From NCBI GenBank assembly GCA_951406725.2, contig OX597830.1:3720001-3784000 (forward strand): a stretch of 64,000 nt of DNA, in the 5' to 3' direction. Numbering within the stretch: position 1 is the first letter of the stretch; each line of letters starts with the position of its first letter. The notes beneath the pieces are model-generated. The model did not search any database, was not told the origin of the DNA, and saw only the letters and a list, made by a program, of their open reading frames with translations. Shown here in pieces: positions 44,679 to 57,470 of this stretch. Source of the DNA: Octopus vulgaris (taxonomy: Eukaryota). The position numbers and the translations under genes were made by a program.

Positions 44679-45678
44679 TATATATATATTATATATATAT
44701 ATATTATATATTATATATATATTATATATATATATATTATATATTATATGTATATTATATATATATATGTATATTATATATATATAAATATATGTATAGG
44801 GGCACACACATTTATATATGTATGCATGTGCGTGTGTGTATGGACATATATACATACATACATATATGTACATTCACACACATGCACATATATATTTATA
44901 TATATATGTATGTGTGTATGTATGTATGTATGTGTAAGCTATTTGGTTTGCATTTCTACACCTACATATATATATATATATACACGAACTAGTGTGTATT
45001 TCTGCATACATTCTCCTTATTAGTTGTCTTTTATGATATTCCACAGAAAGCTGCTTTGTAATTTAAAAACCCCTATTTATGGCCTTCTGAAATATTACTT
45101 CCAAACTGTTTATTCATCGAAATAGTTGCCTGATATGGGATTCTATAACATCTGTAATTCTCTGATCTCATATGTTTTCAGAGCTAATTGGCTATAAAAT
45201 TTTATCATCTCCCCCTCTCCAACCAGATTTATGTCCATTTGCTAGGTTCACTAGTTGGGTCTTCATCAGCTGTCCATTAATTCATCTACAAGCAGCTGCT
45301 TTCTTCTCCATTTTCTCTTTTTTTTTTACTTTTGTTTTCTTCCTCTTTCTATTTCTTTTGCTTTTCTTTTCCTTTCTTTTTCTTTTTTGTTTGATATGGT
45401 TTAATTATATTTAAACCTTACTTGGTACCGTCGTCCACCTCTGCAACCAGGATGAATGAAGCAGAGTACTTCACAGAGTTTCTTTCTGATTTTTCCAACC
45501 CCACCACACGCATGCACACATGCACAAACACACACATACACACACATATGCATGAATACATGCACACACACACACACACATACGCACGTGCACGTAATCC
45601 TTTAATCATAATCGTTCCGTTTTATCTCTGTCACTGCAAACCTAGCTTTTGGGATTTCTCTCTGTTTCAAGTGTATAT

Positions 45679-45735
<57 letters not shown>

Positions 45736-45949
45736 TGTATGTATGTCTGCAAATACACACACACACACACACACACATATCTAGGTCCTCTCCAGCATAC
45801 TCATACACTGTTATATACATACATACACACAATGTATATTTATTAGAAGTACAAACGCAAGAACTGAAATTCTTAGATCTCATTTTATCTTTCAGAATTT
45901 CATGAGTGTGTCTTTAGAAGTATTTGTGTGTTTGTGAATTAAGTGTGGC

Positions 45950-46155
45950 TATGCCTGCGAAGGGGTGTGGCTAAGGGGTTCAGGTATTTCTCTCATGATC
46001 ATAAGCTCATGACCTTGATACCTGGTGACACATTGTGTCCTTGAGCAAGACACTTTATTTCACGTTGCTCCAGTCCACTCAGCTGGCAATAATGAGTTGT
46101 ACCTGTATTTCAAATGGCCAGCCTTGTCACACTCTGTGTCACACTGAGAACTAAT
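45950..46155 (+). mobile_element. tRNA-derived SINE family 3 (second copy ~47790-48060 on the minus strand)
   Basis: Both copies share TGTCCTTGAGCAAGACACTTTATTTCACGTTGCTCCAGTCCACTCAGCTGGCA-like sequence and a degenerate tRNA head containing CTCATGA. Confidence 0.7.
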
Positions 46156-47416
46156 GTTAAGATTGTATCTGTGATTTTACTCTATGGCAATTATCTAATT
46201 GCCATCGAGTAAAATTTTCCTATTCAGCCACTAGAGGTTTGGCTGAAATTATGGCCATACATGGCAAAAGTAAAACTGGACAGTATCTCAACTCAGAATT
46301 AGTAAACATGAGTAGAACATATAGCATAAATTGTGGAATTAACTCTAAAGATAATTTCCTGAACTAGACATTGATATTGTAGGTGGGAGTGGTTCTGACT
46401 GAGATTGATGGTACCTTTCAGATAACACCTTGTGACGATGTTGATTATAATACTACTGATAATCCTGCTTTGGCACCTACTTCTGAGAGGGGAGTTGGTG
46501 TTGATTCTTTTAACCATGCATGCCATGTGTGAGTAAATAGATGCATTTGCAATTTCAAAAATAAAATTATCTGTCCATTACAGAGTCAGTGTTTGATGAG
46601 GAATCTTGTATTCAACGTGGGGTCATTACAGGGTTTCATATGTGCTGTTGCATAGATTCTTCTACAACAATTTGGAAATTTAGATTACATGACCATTCTT
46701 TTCCATTTATGTTTAGAAGAAAATATCATTCTACTAATCTTAGTAAATGTATTAGGGATTTAAAAGAAAAGACATTAACTATGGTCTAAAATGGTCCTTT
46801 ATTAGTTATGCACCATTGTACAATACCGGTAATTTCAAATGTGATTTTTGCTTTGAAGAAATGTATTATATAATTACTTCTAAATTAGAATTATTAAATT
46901 GTAGAAATAGTTTTACATTGAAATGTTCTCATAAATATAGAACATTTAAATATTTCGATAGTTTTATTATAATTGCTTTTCCTATAATCTAATATGCATC
47001 ATTTTTCTTATAAATCTTTTAGACTATTTAGTAGATAGATAACTTTTATGTTTATTTTCCTGGTTCTTTCTTTGTCTACTGGCATCATCAAACATTACGT
47101 ACTAAACCGGCTTTTCTGAGAATTTTACTATTCCTCTCAACGTTCATCTATTGGAGATTTTTCTCACTTCACTTCCAATTTAGCCCATTTTAGACTGCCT
47201 TTATGACATTGTGTTAGCATTTATTTCACTGGTATTTTATACCATCTTTCTGTTTCTAAATATGCTGGCACAACTGGGACATATTTTATCGACCCCAAAA
47301 GGATGAAAGACAAAGGCAACCTCTGTGGAATTTGAACTCAGAACATAGAGTTGGAAGAAATGTTGCTAATCATTTTGCCTTTTGTGCTAATGATTCTGCC
47401 AGCTCACTACATTATG

Positions 47417-47612
47417 TATTCGTCATGCTTGACCCTTAAATCTACAAGTTTTTTTCATTCTCTCTCTATTTATTTCCTATTATTCCTTCCTGCTGAAGAG
47501 CATAAGCTTGAAACATAAAGACTTTTTCATTTCCCCAAGCATCAAACTCATACACCTGCTTGTTGTTCACACACTTGTCTTTGTCATTTGTTTTTCTATA
47601 AATTCCAAGTAC

Positions 47613-47615
<3 letters not shown>
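47417..47615 (+). mobile_element. Hammerhead-motif element, family A, copy 3
   Basis: Colinear with 2160-2360. CTGCTGA-A-GAGC-ATAA-GCTT-GAAAC-ATA-AAG at 47490-47520, followed by (TA)n. Confidence 0.7.
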
Positions 47616-47662
<47 letters not shown>

Positions 47663-50600
47663 GACAAGTCATCATTTTTGTTGAGCCAACAGTATCATTA
47701 GACTGATGATGTTTGATCTACCATTATCAACCCAATAATGCAGCTGGTACTTAATTTGCTTAAATCTAATTTATGATACATTTCATCTGCCATTTGTATG
47801 AATCACTTGAAAGGGATCAAAGGTCCTTCCCAGGCCATAGGCTCATAAAGCTGCTTTCCTGGATTCTGTCGTGTATAACTTTCACTTCTGGATTGGATGC
47901 CAGTCCCTCACAGGATTATTACTCATTTTTGCCAGCTGAGCAGATTGGGAGCAATGTGAAATGAAGAGTTTTGCTCAAGAACACAATACATAACCCAGTC
48001 CAGGAATTGAAACCACAGTGTTACAATCATGAGTGCAACACCTAAACTGCAAAGCCTCCTATTAGTTTATTATTTTGCTAATTTCATCAGTTTATCACAC
48101 AACTCAGTGGAATTGAGCCACACCAAATTCTTTCATACTTCTTGTCTACAATCTTAAAAACTCAGCCATATTAAGAGAATGCATATATATAAATGTGCAT
48201 GTATGTATATGTGTATATATTAATGTATATGTTGGTGCATGTGTGTGTGTGCATGCATGTGTGTGTGTGTGTGTGTGTGTCTATATATATTTGTATATTT
48301 GCTTGTGGATGTACATTGAAGTATAGGAGCATATATATGTGTGGATGTGTATGTGTGTACGTATATGAGTATTTATATATGTATGTCAGTGTGCAAGTGT
48401 CTGCATATATATATATATATGAGTGTGCTTATATGTATATTATGTGTATATATTAGTTTACATGATTTGTGCATGTGTGTCTGTGTGTGTCTGTGTGTGT
48501 CTGTGTGTGTCTGTGTGTGTGTGTCTGTGTGTGTGTACTCCTACATCATTTCTTCCAACACAAATCTGTAATTTTAGAATATAAAGATATAGACTCATAT
48601 AAAGAACAGCAAAACATCCATCGACCCAGTATGAAAGCTTAATACATTATTCACATCTATAAATCATCTGAAAATAGAAGTTGATATGTTGAAGAGTCCA
48701 TGGAGATAGTTTGGGCCAGTGCTTACCATTAGTTTCATGGTGTTAAGTAGATGGCAAATATATTTTCCATTTGCATAGAATGTCCATCTATCAATATAAC
48801 ATTTTCAGTAATCTTGCTAATTATTCCTTCCTGTTGACAGCAATGTTAATTAAGAAATACTGAATTAACATTTTCAAAGACTCAAAGAGAAATTTTGCAG
48901 CATATATGAGCTCAGACTCAGTAAATTGGTAATTTTAAAACTTATTCTTCTATAATATCAATAAACAAAGGTAAGTCATTGGACAAAATGTGTGGCAGGA
49001 TTTAGTTCCGTTCTTCATTGTTCTGAGGCCAGCCTTGCTTTTCAGCCTGTCAGAGTCAGTGAAATAGAATACCAGTCATATACTGGGATCAAGTTAATCC
49101 ACTGATACTGGCATCTCCCAACCTACTTCAAACAAAATATTACAGCTGAATATCCCAAATGAATTTTGTTGGCACCACTTGCATTTGACAGGTGGATCAG
49201 GATGTAAACTCTAGCACCTGCTTGTATTTCAGGGACCCTTGGTTTTAATAGTTTGAAAAGTTACAAACCTTATAATGAACAGATGAAGTATGATTGTTGT
49301 CATGCTTAACACAACTGACAAGGAAAGCAAACAAAAACAATATCCTTGTGTTTGCTAATTTACTTTAGCTCTCTCTCATTTCCATTTTTATAATTTCATG
49401 TTTAGTATTTAATGGTCCAAGACGTTACCGTGATCAAAGACTTTGCATTGCAATCACCTGGTTCTAGGACTGAGCTTACCACATAGCATTTTGGGAGAGT
49501 GTCGTCTGGTGTACACTCAGGCTGATAGTGACTTGGGCAGGTAGAAACTTTATGGACGCTAGTTGTATAAATAACACTTGTTCAGGAATGGCATTTTAAA
49601 ACTGGGATCTGGTTTAACATAACTTAAGTACTTTTAGCAGAGTCTTTCGGCTTCAGAAACCCTGGAAAAGCTCATAGACACTGTTTTACTTTCGTCTAAG
49701 TAGGCCCATAAAGAATAATGCTTTTGCCTGTATTTTAATTGACCAAATTTTGGAATTCAATACCTGGGCCAGTAGACAGAGTGTTACATATTGATATATT
49801 CTAAACAGACAAGAAAGATACTGTTTACATCGAGTCCTTTTGGAGTCAAAGGTAAACGATTTAGGATACATCATGTTAATATAATTTCAAATATATCCAG
49901 CTGTTTGTTCTGAGCAAAAACTATATAATGATTTTGTTTGTGCTGGTTAGTGTTGAGAATAGTAGCTTCTAAGTTTAATTGATCCTCTGTGTTCTACAGA
50001 TGGCTCTACATACTTAGACAGACAATTTCATTATCAAATAAATGATTGATTAACCTCCTGTATAAATTTCAACAATGTTTGCCAAGAGATTACCAGAAAA
50101 TTGATACATTTTCCCTTGTGAGCTCAAGAGTCAGAAAGGTTGCTAAACAATAAATTAATAATTTTTATTTTTTATTTTTCTTTCTGTTTAATCTCGTGTT
50201 GAAGTTATTTCCTTTTTCTCACCATTCCAAACTGATTAAGTGGATACTACAAGAATTTGTTACAAATTTTCCACAGAAATTTACTACAAATCAGTTCAAG
50301 ACTAAATAATTAAGAACATTAGATGGTGAAATTGGTAAAGCATTGAATAGAATATCTTGGGATATTTGGTCAGGTCTGTTTGTTTTCCAGTTTCAAATTT
50401 TGCTTTGGCTAGCTATGCCTTCATTCCAAGATTAATAAAACAACCAATAGTAGTCAAATGCTGTGGTCGTTATTAGAGGCCACATCCTTGAAGACAACAC
50501 TTTGGTATTGCAACAAACCAGTAACTAGAATCAGTAACAGAAAGACAAGAATGAAATGATTAGCATCACTAATATTCATTAAAATAATGTTATTTACCTA

Positions 50601-51129
50601 TGTTAATTAGACCTGAGTATAATTCTAATTGAATTCTTTTACTTTATACCTGTCTTTTACTTGGTTTGGTCATTAGACTGTGGTGGTGTTGGTGTACCAG
50701 CTTGAAGAAATTCTAGTCAAAAGAATTGACCCCAGTACTTTCTATAAACCTGGTACTTATTCTATCAGTCCCTTTTGCTGAACTGCTAAATTATGGGGGC
50801 ATAAACACACCAAGCAGTTGTCAAACAGGGGTAGGGTACAAACACACGCACAAAGACACACACACACACACAACAGTTTCTGCCTACCATATCCACTCAC
50901 AAGGCTTTGGTCAGCTTGAGGCCGTAGTAAGAGACACTTGCCCAAGGTGTCACACAGTGGGATTGAACCTAGAAACATGTGGTTGTGAAGCAGCCTTCTT
51001 ACCACACCTGTACACCTGTGCCTTTTTATTAATATTTCAATGACAAATTCTATTTAATCAACCCTTGTTTCATGAGAACTAATCCTGATGAGTATTTTAG
51101 TGCAATATTATCATTGCTATCTACGACAA

Positions 51130-51335
51130 CCTAATATTATGATCATAGTTATGACAGTCAAGCACTATGATAATAATTATGAGTTTAATATAATGATCAT
51201 AACTGTGACTTCCAAACAATATGACCATGTCTTTGATTGTCAAACACGTGTTACACTACGATCATAACTATGATTACTAAACACTATGACCATACTTATT
51301 ACTACCAAACACTATGATCATACCTATAGCTATCT
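51130..51335. repeat. Degenerate ~28 bp minisatellite (ACTATGATCATAACTATGATTACTAAAC-like)
   Basis: Recurrent AAACACTATGA(T/C)CATA units. Confidence 0.7.
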
Positions 51336-52891
51336 GACAATGACAAGTTCATGGTTTGATACTTGTATAAAAATCTTAAAGATTTTCGTGGGAAATGTCT
51401 ATTATAATATTCTTTCTTGAAAAAAAAACAACATGAAATCATAATGTTACTTCAACTTAATACACAACATTGCCCTCCTACTCACTATCTTCTGCCTCCT
51501 CCTCCTCCTGTAAGATCACTGATGGTGATCAGGAAGTAATGATAAAGATTCACACTCCACATCAAGACCTTTTATTTCTATATTTCCAATTAACAGACAT
51601 AACTAGCAGAGTTGATAGCATGCCAGCTTATTAATTACAACAGTAAACCTTTCATAGCTGTGTCTTTATCAAGGACGTTTAACCCTTAATTGCCCAATTT
51701 AGCAACATTTAAATATTTGAAAGCAAGATGAGATTCCGTTTCCTACAAATCTTTATGCTTCAAAAGAAATTCTTATTTTGGCCGAAAACCTCATATTTGG
51801 AACTATATTTTCTAAAAAGATTATTTATATATTTCATATCACAATTTGCAAACAGTAACATTGGTTACAGGTTTCCAGTGGAACAATTATTGGTCTACTG
51901 CATTTCTAAGAGGAAGAATGATAAGGAAGTGTCACTGAAAGTTTTGTCTTATTTGTCATTTGGTGGTGGTGGTGATTGTGGTGAAGTTAGATTCTTCTCT
52001 CATACACATTGGCAAAATATATTCACATATATAAATATTTACATATACACACACACACCATTTCTTCATATATACATACATTGATACATAGATACTTACA
52101 TACACGCATACATAAATCGTCATCATTATCATCATTTAACGTCCATTCTCCATGCTGGCATGGGTTGGACTGCACCAAGTTCCACTGTCTGTTTTTGAAA
52201 TGGTCTTTACAGCTGGATGCCTTTTCTAACACCAGCCACTTTACTGGGTGGACTGGCTGCTTTTTGTGTGGCACCAGCACCGTGTGTATGTGTGTTTAAA
52301 TAAGTGGTACAAGATGTGAATTTCGAGAATCATGTGGCTATCACAGTAAGCTCCTCTTACAGACTCAGCTATCAGTGCACATAGTAATCAGTTACAAAAC
52401 AGCATGATGTAGAGTTTCCATGTAACTGAAAGTCCAGAAAATTTGATCAATGAAATTATTTCCTGATGAGTATGGAGGCTGAGTACATATTTATTTATTC
52501 AAACTACATGACTTCCATAGGTTACAGCTGTTTCACAACTTTCTACATGTCATATTAATTTCAGAGTAGAAGAAACTGTGCATACACGTTTGCGTTAATA
52601 TGCACATTCATCGTTCCACAACGCAATTGTTTTTTACAAATTAATGCAAGAAAAGAGAGCTGGCTCACCAGGTCATGTGATGAGCTAGTTTTCTTTATTT
52701 GCACTAATTTGTGACTGCACAATTTCATTGTATAATACTGAACACACCTGTAAATGCAAACACTGCACATAATTTCTTCCCAACTGGAATTAATACAACA
52801 TTAAGAAAGTTTCAAAATGGTCATTATCCTATGGAAGTCGAGTGCTTAAATAAATATATATTCAGCCTTCATATCACTTGATTTCATGCTT

Positions 52892-52947
<56 letters not shown>

Positions 52948-54198
52948 ATATACTTGTACACAGATACATGCACAATAAATATAGGAAAGTGGTTATTATT
53001 TGAAGTTACTTCAGAAATAACAATGGAACATCTTCTGATGGCATGACTAATACAGAGCGTAAATTTATTGTGTGTGTGTGCATGTGTGTGTATATGTGTA
53101 TATATATGTTTATACGTGTGCATATATGTATGTGTCTGTGTATATATGTGTATGCGCACGTGTGTATATGTGTGTATATGTTTATATGTGTGCATGTGCA
53201 TGTATGTGTGTGCATGTGTCTGTATATGTTTATATGTGTGTATATGTGTATGGGCATGTGTGTGTAGTGTGCATGTGTATGTTTACATGTGTGTATATAT
53301 GTGCATGTATGTGTGTGTGTGCATGCATGTGTATATGTTTATATGTGTGTATGTATGTATGTGTGTGTATGTGTGTGAGTATGTGTACATTTTTACAAGC
53401 TTATATGTTGTTCTGTTTCTTTTTTTCCCCTGCTAGTATGGGTTAGACGAATATGCTATGGTGTTGTGGCCTAATTCTACAGCTGCTGTTAATCCTGAGC
53501 TGCTTTTCAGGCAAGGGATTACGTCTCTTTCATGGATTTAAAGATGTGAAGAGAGCAGATTGATATGTTCACAGTGGGTTTAAATGTAAGCAAACATAGG
53601 TTCACCTGTGAGCATGAACACACATGCACACACACACGCACACACACATGCACACACACACGCACACACACATGCACACACACACGCACACACACACTGA
53701 TAGGTTTCCTTCGGTTTCTGTTGACCTACCAAATCCACTCACAATGTTTTGGACAGGTAGCCTAGAGCTGTAGTAGAAGACATTTGCCCAAGGTGCCGCA
53801 CAGTGGGATTGAACCTGAAACCATGTGGTTGGGAAATGATTGTCTTAACGATACAGTCATGCCTGTGCCTCTTTATGTATATGCATACGCATACATATAT
53901 ATGTAGATAGATGCAGAGATAGACAAATACATAGATTGATAGACATATTCATACACACACACACACACACATATATGCATATAAGCATATATACAAACAT
54001 GCATGTGTACACATGTACACACACACACATATATATAAATATAGACAGAGGGATAGATAGACAGATACATAGATAGATAGATAGATGGATAGGTAGATGG
54101 ATGGATGGATGGATGGATAGCTAGATTGATAGATTGATAGACATATGCATACACAAACACATATATAAATATAAACATATATACAAACATGTATGTGT

Positions 54199-54237
<39 letters not shown>

Positions 54238-55957
54238 TAGACAGACAGACAGAGGGATGGATGGATGGATGGATGGATATGTATACATATATGCATGCAT
54301 ACGTACACTGAATTTCTGCCCTGTTTCCATCAAATTCCATTCACAAAATAATCGTCAGCCCCAAGTTATGACAGATGACACTTGCTGCAGTAAATTTGTT
54401 GTGGACTTGAACCAGGAAGCATAATATTCTAAGATGAACTACTTCAGTATATTGCCAAGCATGCACCAAGAGATAAAAATCAATAGTTTATAAATAAATA
54501 TCAATTATGTCCTTCCCTTTAATGAGAATTTAATAGTGTCCAGGAAAGGAACATATCTTCCTTTCTGGAAATCATAGAACAGCTTCCATATTCCTGATGT
54601 TCTCTGTACATATGTGATTGTTTCAGTTTATGTTAGAGAGATTTACATTTCTATCAATTCAGACTGGAATAGTCTTGAATTCATCAAGCAGTAATTGAAT
54701 AATTTTGGATAAGTTTGCATTATCATTAATACCGAATCTTCTGGTGGAATGGTAGTAAGTTGCAATTACTGTAGATAGTTTGAATGTTTTGATTTTAATA
54801 GCAATAAATTGTGCCTGTTTGTGGAACTAGCATTCCCATACACCTATATCTGTAGGGAAATCTGCATTAAGCATTCATATATGCTATAGGCAAGAATTAT
54901 CTGCATGTTAAGTATATTTGATTAAGAATATTTGGTCAAGTGGCTGTAGATTTATTTACTTTTTGCTGTTTAGTGAGAATAAAGATAAACAGACAACTGT
55001 TAAGAATGATCTCTAGAGAAGGTTTAATTGCAAGTGGCTTTTATCATGTGTATCGTAAGATTTTCTAATTGTGTATCACATCTATCGGCATCGGAAGACG
55101 ATTTAACAACGGTATCTTGCCCCAAGAGCCTTGTCACTATCATTTTAGTATGACACCACCCGAATCATTGTAGCCAATTTAATTAATTTATTTCCTCTTC
55201 AGGATTAGCAAGGATATGTAAACAGTGAACAGTAATGATTTTATAATTGTGTTTTATTATTTAATTTCTGAACGGTTTTATGTATTTCAAAGTTTAGTTC
55301 ATTTCACTGTAGCTTCCCACGACATTCACAGACTAGAAGTAAATTGGTCATTCTTGTTTTCCTGGAAGCGAGTTATGTAATCAAGGACAGAGATTTAATA
55401 GCTGGACACTTTAGCAGAGCTAAGAACTGATCAACTCAACTTTAAGTTCTAATTTTATCAAAACTAACAGCCATTTTCTTGCAGCCAAAGCAATAATATT
55501 TTCCCTATCCACCCCACCCCCCCTTTCTCTCTCTCCCTCTCTGAGAAAATGACAACTGGAAATGTCTTCAGGCTTAACAGCAACTGAACATAACAACCAC
55601 TTCTACAAACTCTCTAATTATTGCTAACTCGGACTTTATCAACTTCCAGATTTTTACACTAATCTTAATTTATCACCCATCTTAGCACCACCATATGACC
55701 ATCATCATCATCATCATCATCATGGGTTGGACGGTTTGACCAGGGCTGGTAAGCAGACGAGCTGCACCAGATCCAGTCTGATTTATCATGGTTTCTACAG
55801 CTGGATACCATTCCTAATGCCAACCACTCCAAGTGTGTAATGGGGACTTTTACATACCACCAGCATGGGTGCCAGTTGCTTGACATAACTGCAATTTCAC
55901 TTGGCTTGATGGGTCTGCTTTTCAAACACAGCATGTCACCGAGGGTCTCAGTCATAT

Positions 55958-55991
<34 letters not shown>

Positions 55992-55994
55992 GCA

Positions 55995-56385
55995 CAGGGT
56001 GGGGCAGAGAGGATGGACGTTTTTGAAATGGCTATTACTCAGCTCCAGAAGGAGGGACATATGTCCAACAGGTACCACTTGACTTGGTCCATGGTGTCTT
56101 AGCATTATTCTTTCTTTTCAGGTGAAGCCATGATGCTGTGGATGATAGAGCATCGTGTGTTTGCCCACGACACTGACGTGAAGAATAATGAGTCCATCAC
56201 AGCAGTTCAGCATGAGTTTTGGTGCCACTCCAACATTCACCAAAATCAGGCTGTTTCCACCTATAACACAATCTTACATTGGGCTGAATGCACTTCGTAC
56301 ACGAAGTACACTAATGAATAGGAGACCACTGGGGCACCATGGATGGCATAGACCCCGGAAAATGTGGAATGCATCAGACAAGTAA
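55995..56385 (+). mobile_element. 5' fragment of a second Tc1/mariner-superfamily transposon (DUF4817-like N-terminal HTH)
   Basis: Begins CAGGGTGGGGCAG after a TA-rich tract. ORF from 56130 reads MMLWMIEHRVFAHDTDVKNNESITAVQHEF...NTILHW, then frameshifted LRTRSTLMNRRP...TPENVE. Truncated by an RTE tail. Confidence 0.75.
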
Positions 56386-56532
56386 ATTCATGGTCATCCA
56401 TACATAGAGGCAGGTCCTTTACAGGTGCCAAAGAAAATGCGTTTGTGTCAGTGCGGCATAAATGCACCCTTGCTAATGGCATGTAAAAAACACCCAGCAC
56501 ACTCTCTAAAGTGTTTAGCATCCATGCCAAAT

Positions 56533-56770
56533 AAGGCAGTGAGCTGGCAGAAACGTTAGCACACCGGTCGAAATGCTTAGCAATATTTCATCGGCCACTA
56601 CGTTCTGAGTTCAAATTCTGCCGAGGTCGACTTTGCCTTTCATCCTTTCGGGGTCGATTAAATAAGTACCAGTTACACACTGGGGTTAATATAATTGACT
56701 AAATCTGTTTGTCTGTTCTTTTTTGTCCCCTCTGTGTTTAGCCCCTTGTGGGTAGTAAAGAAATAAGAAA
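56533..56770 (+). mobile_element. SINE family 2 nested in an RTE 3' UTR fragment
   Basis: Full-length family-2 copy flanked by CCATGCCAAAT (56522-56532) and CCATGCCACAAT (56771-56782). It interrupts the RTE tail at 56395-56890. Confidence 0.85.
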
Positions 56771-57268
56771 CCATGCCACAATAGACAAGTGGAGTCTGAC
56801 AGTTCTCAGCTGGCCAGCTCCTGTCACACAGACCAACCCATGCCGGCATGGAAAATGGACATCAAACAATAATGATGATGATGGTGATCCAAGGATGTAA
56901 AGAATAGAAAATATAAATAAAGACTATATTGTCCACATTTTTGCAACTAAAGTAGCTGTGTACATGCTCTGGTGTTTAAAGCTGCAAATATTACGGAAGT
57001 TTTCACATATGGGACTTTTGAGTGAATCAGCATTAAAAACAGAGTTGGCAGAGAAACAATAGCCAATGGTCATTAAAGAAGTAATACATATGTGTGTGTG
57101 TGTGTGTATTTAATACAGTTCTATATTTAAGAGATGAGGAATTATGTATATTATTTACGTTTGACAGACATTTGTCCTCATCTTGTTTGCTAACGTTTCA
57201 GCTGATATGACCTCCAGCCTTAACCAGGTGTTTTGGGGAAATTTCAAACCACTACGCCATATGTACAT

Positions 57269-57339
57269 GGGCATATGGCATAGTGGTTAAGAGAGTGGGC
57301 TACTAACCTCAAGATTCCGAGTTCCATTCCAGGCAGTGA

Positions 57340-57341
<2 letters not shown>
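57269..57341 (+). promoter_or_regulatory. tRNA-derived head with Pol III A and B boxes
   Basis: GGGCATATGGCATAGTGGTTAAGAGAGTGGGCTACTAACCTCAAGATTCCGAGTTCCATTCCAGGCAGTGACC: A-box-like TGGCATAGTGG (TGGCGTAGTGG in the inverted copy), anticodon-loop-like CTACTAA, and B-box-like GAGTTCCATTC at tRNA spacing. The acceptor stem is poor, so this is not a functional tRNA. Confidence 0.7.
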
Positions 57342-57377
<36 letters not shown>

Positions 57378-57424
57378 TCAAAAAATACCTTAGGAATAAG
57401 AACCCAGGTTCGAAATTTCCCCAA

Positions 57425-57470
57425 AACACCTGATGAAGGCTGGAGGGTATATCAGCTGAAATGTTGTGTT
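57425..57470 (+). ncRNA. Putative minimal type I hammerhead ribozyme
   Basis: AACAC-CTGATGA-A-GGCTG-gagggtatat-CAGCT-GAAA-TGTT-GTGTT: stem I AACAC/GTGTT and stem II GGCTG/CAGCT. The inverted copy retains the palindromic GAAACGTT stem III. Confidence 0.7.

Noticed and set aside
57269-57341. Functional tRNA gene (also the heads of SINE families 1-3)
   Set aside because: The acceptor stem does not pair, the B box is mutated, and the heads are embedded in repeats; treated as tRNA-derived promoters.
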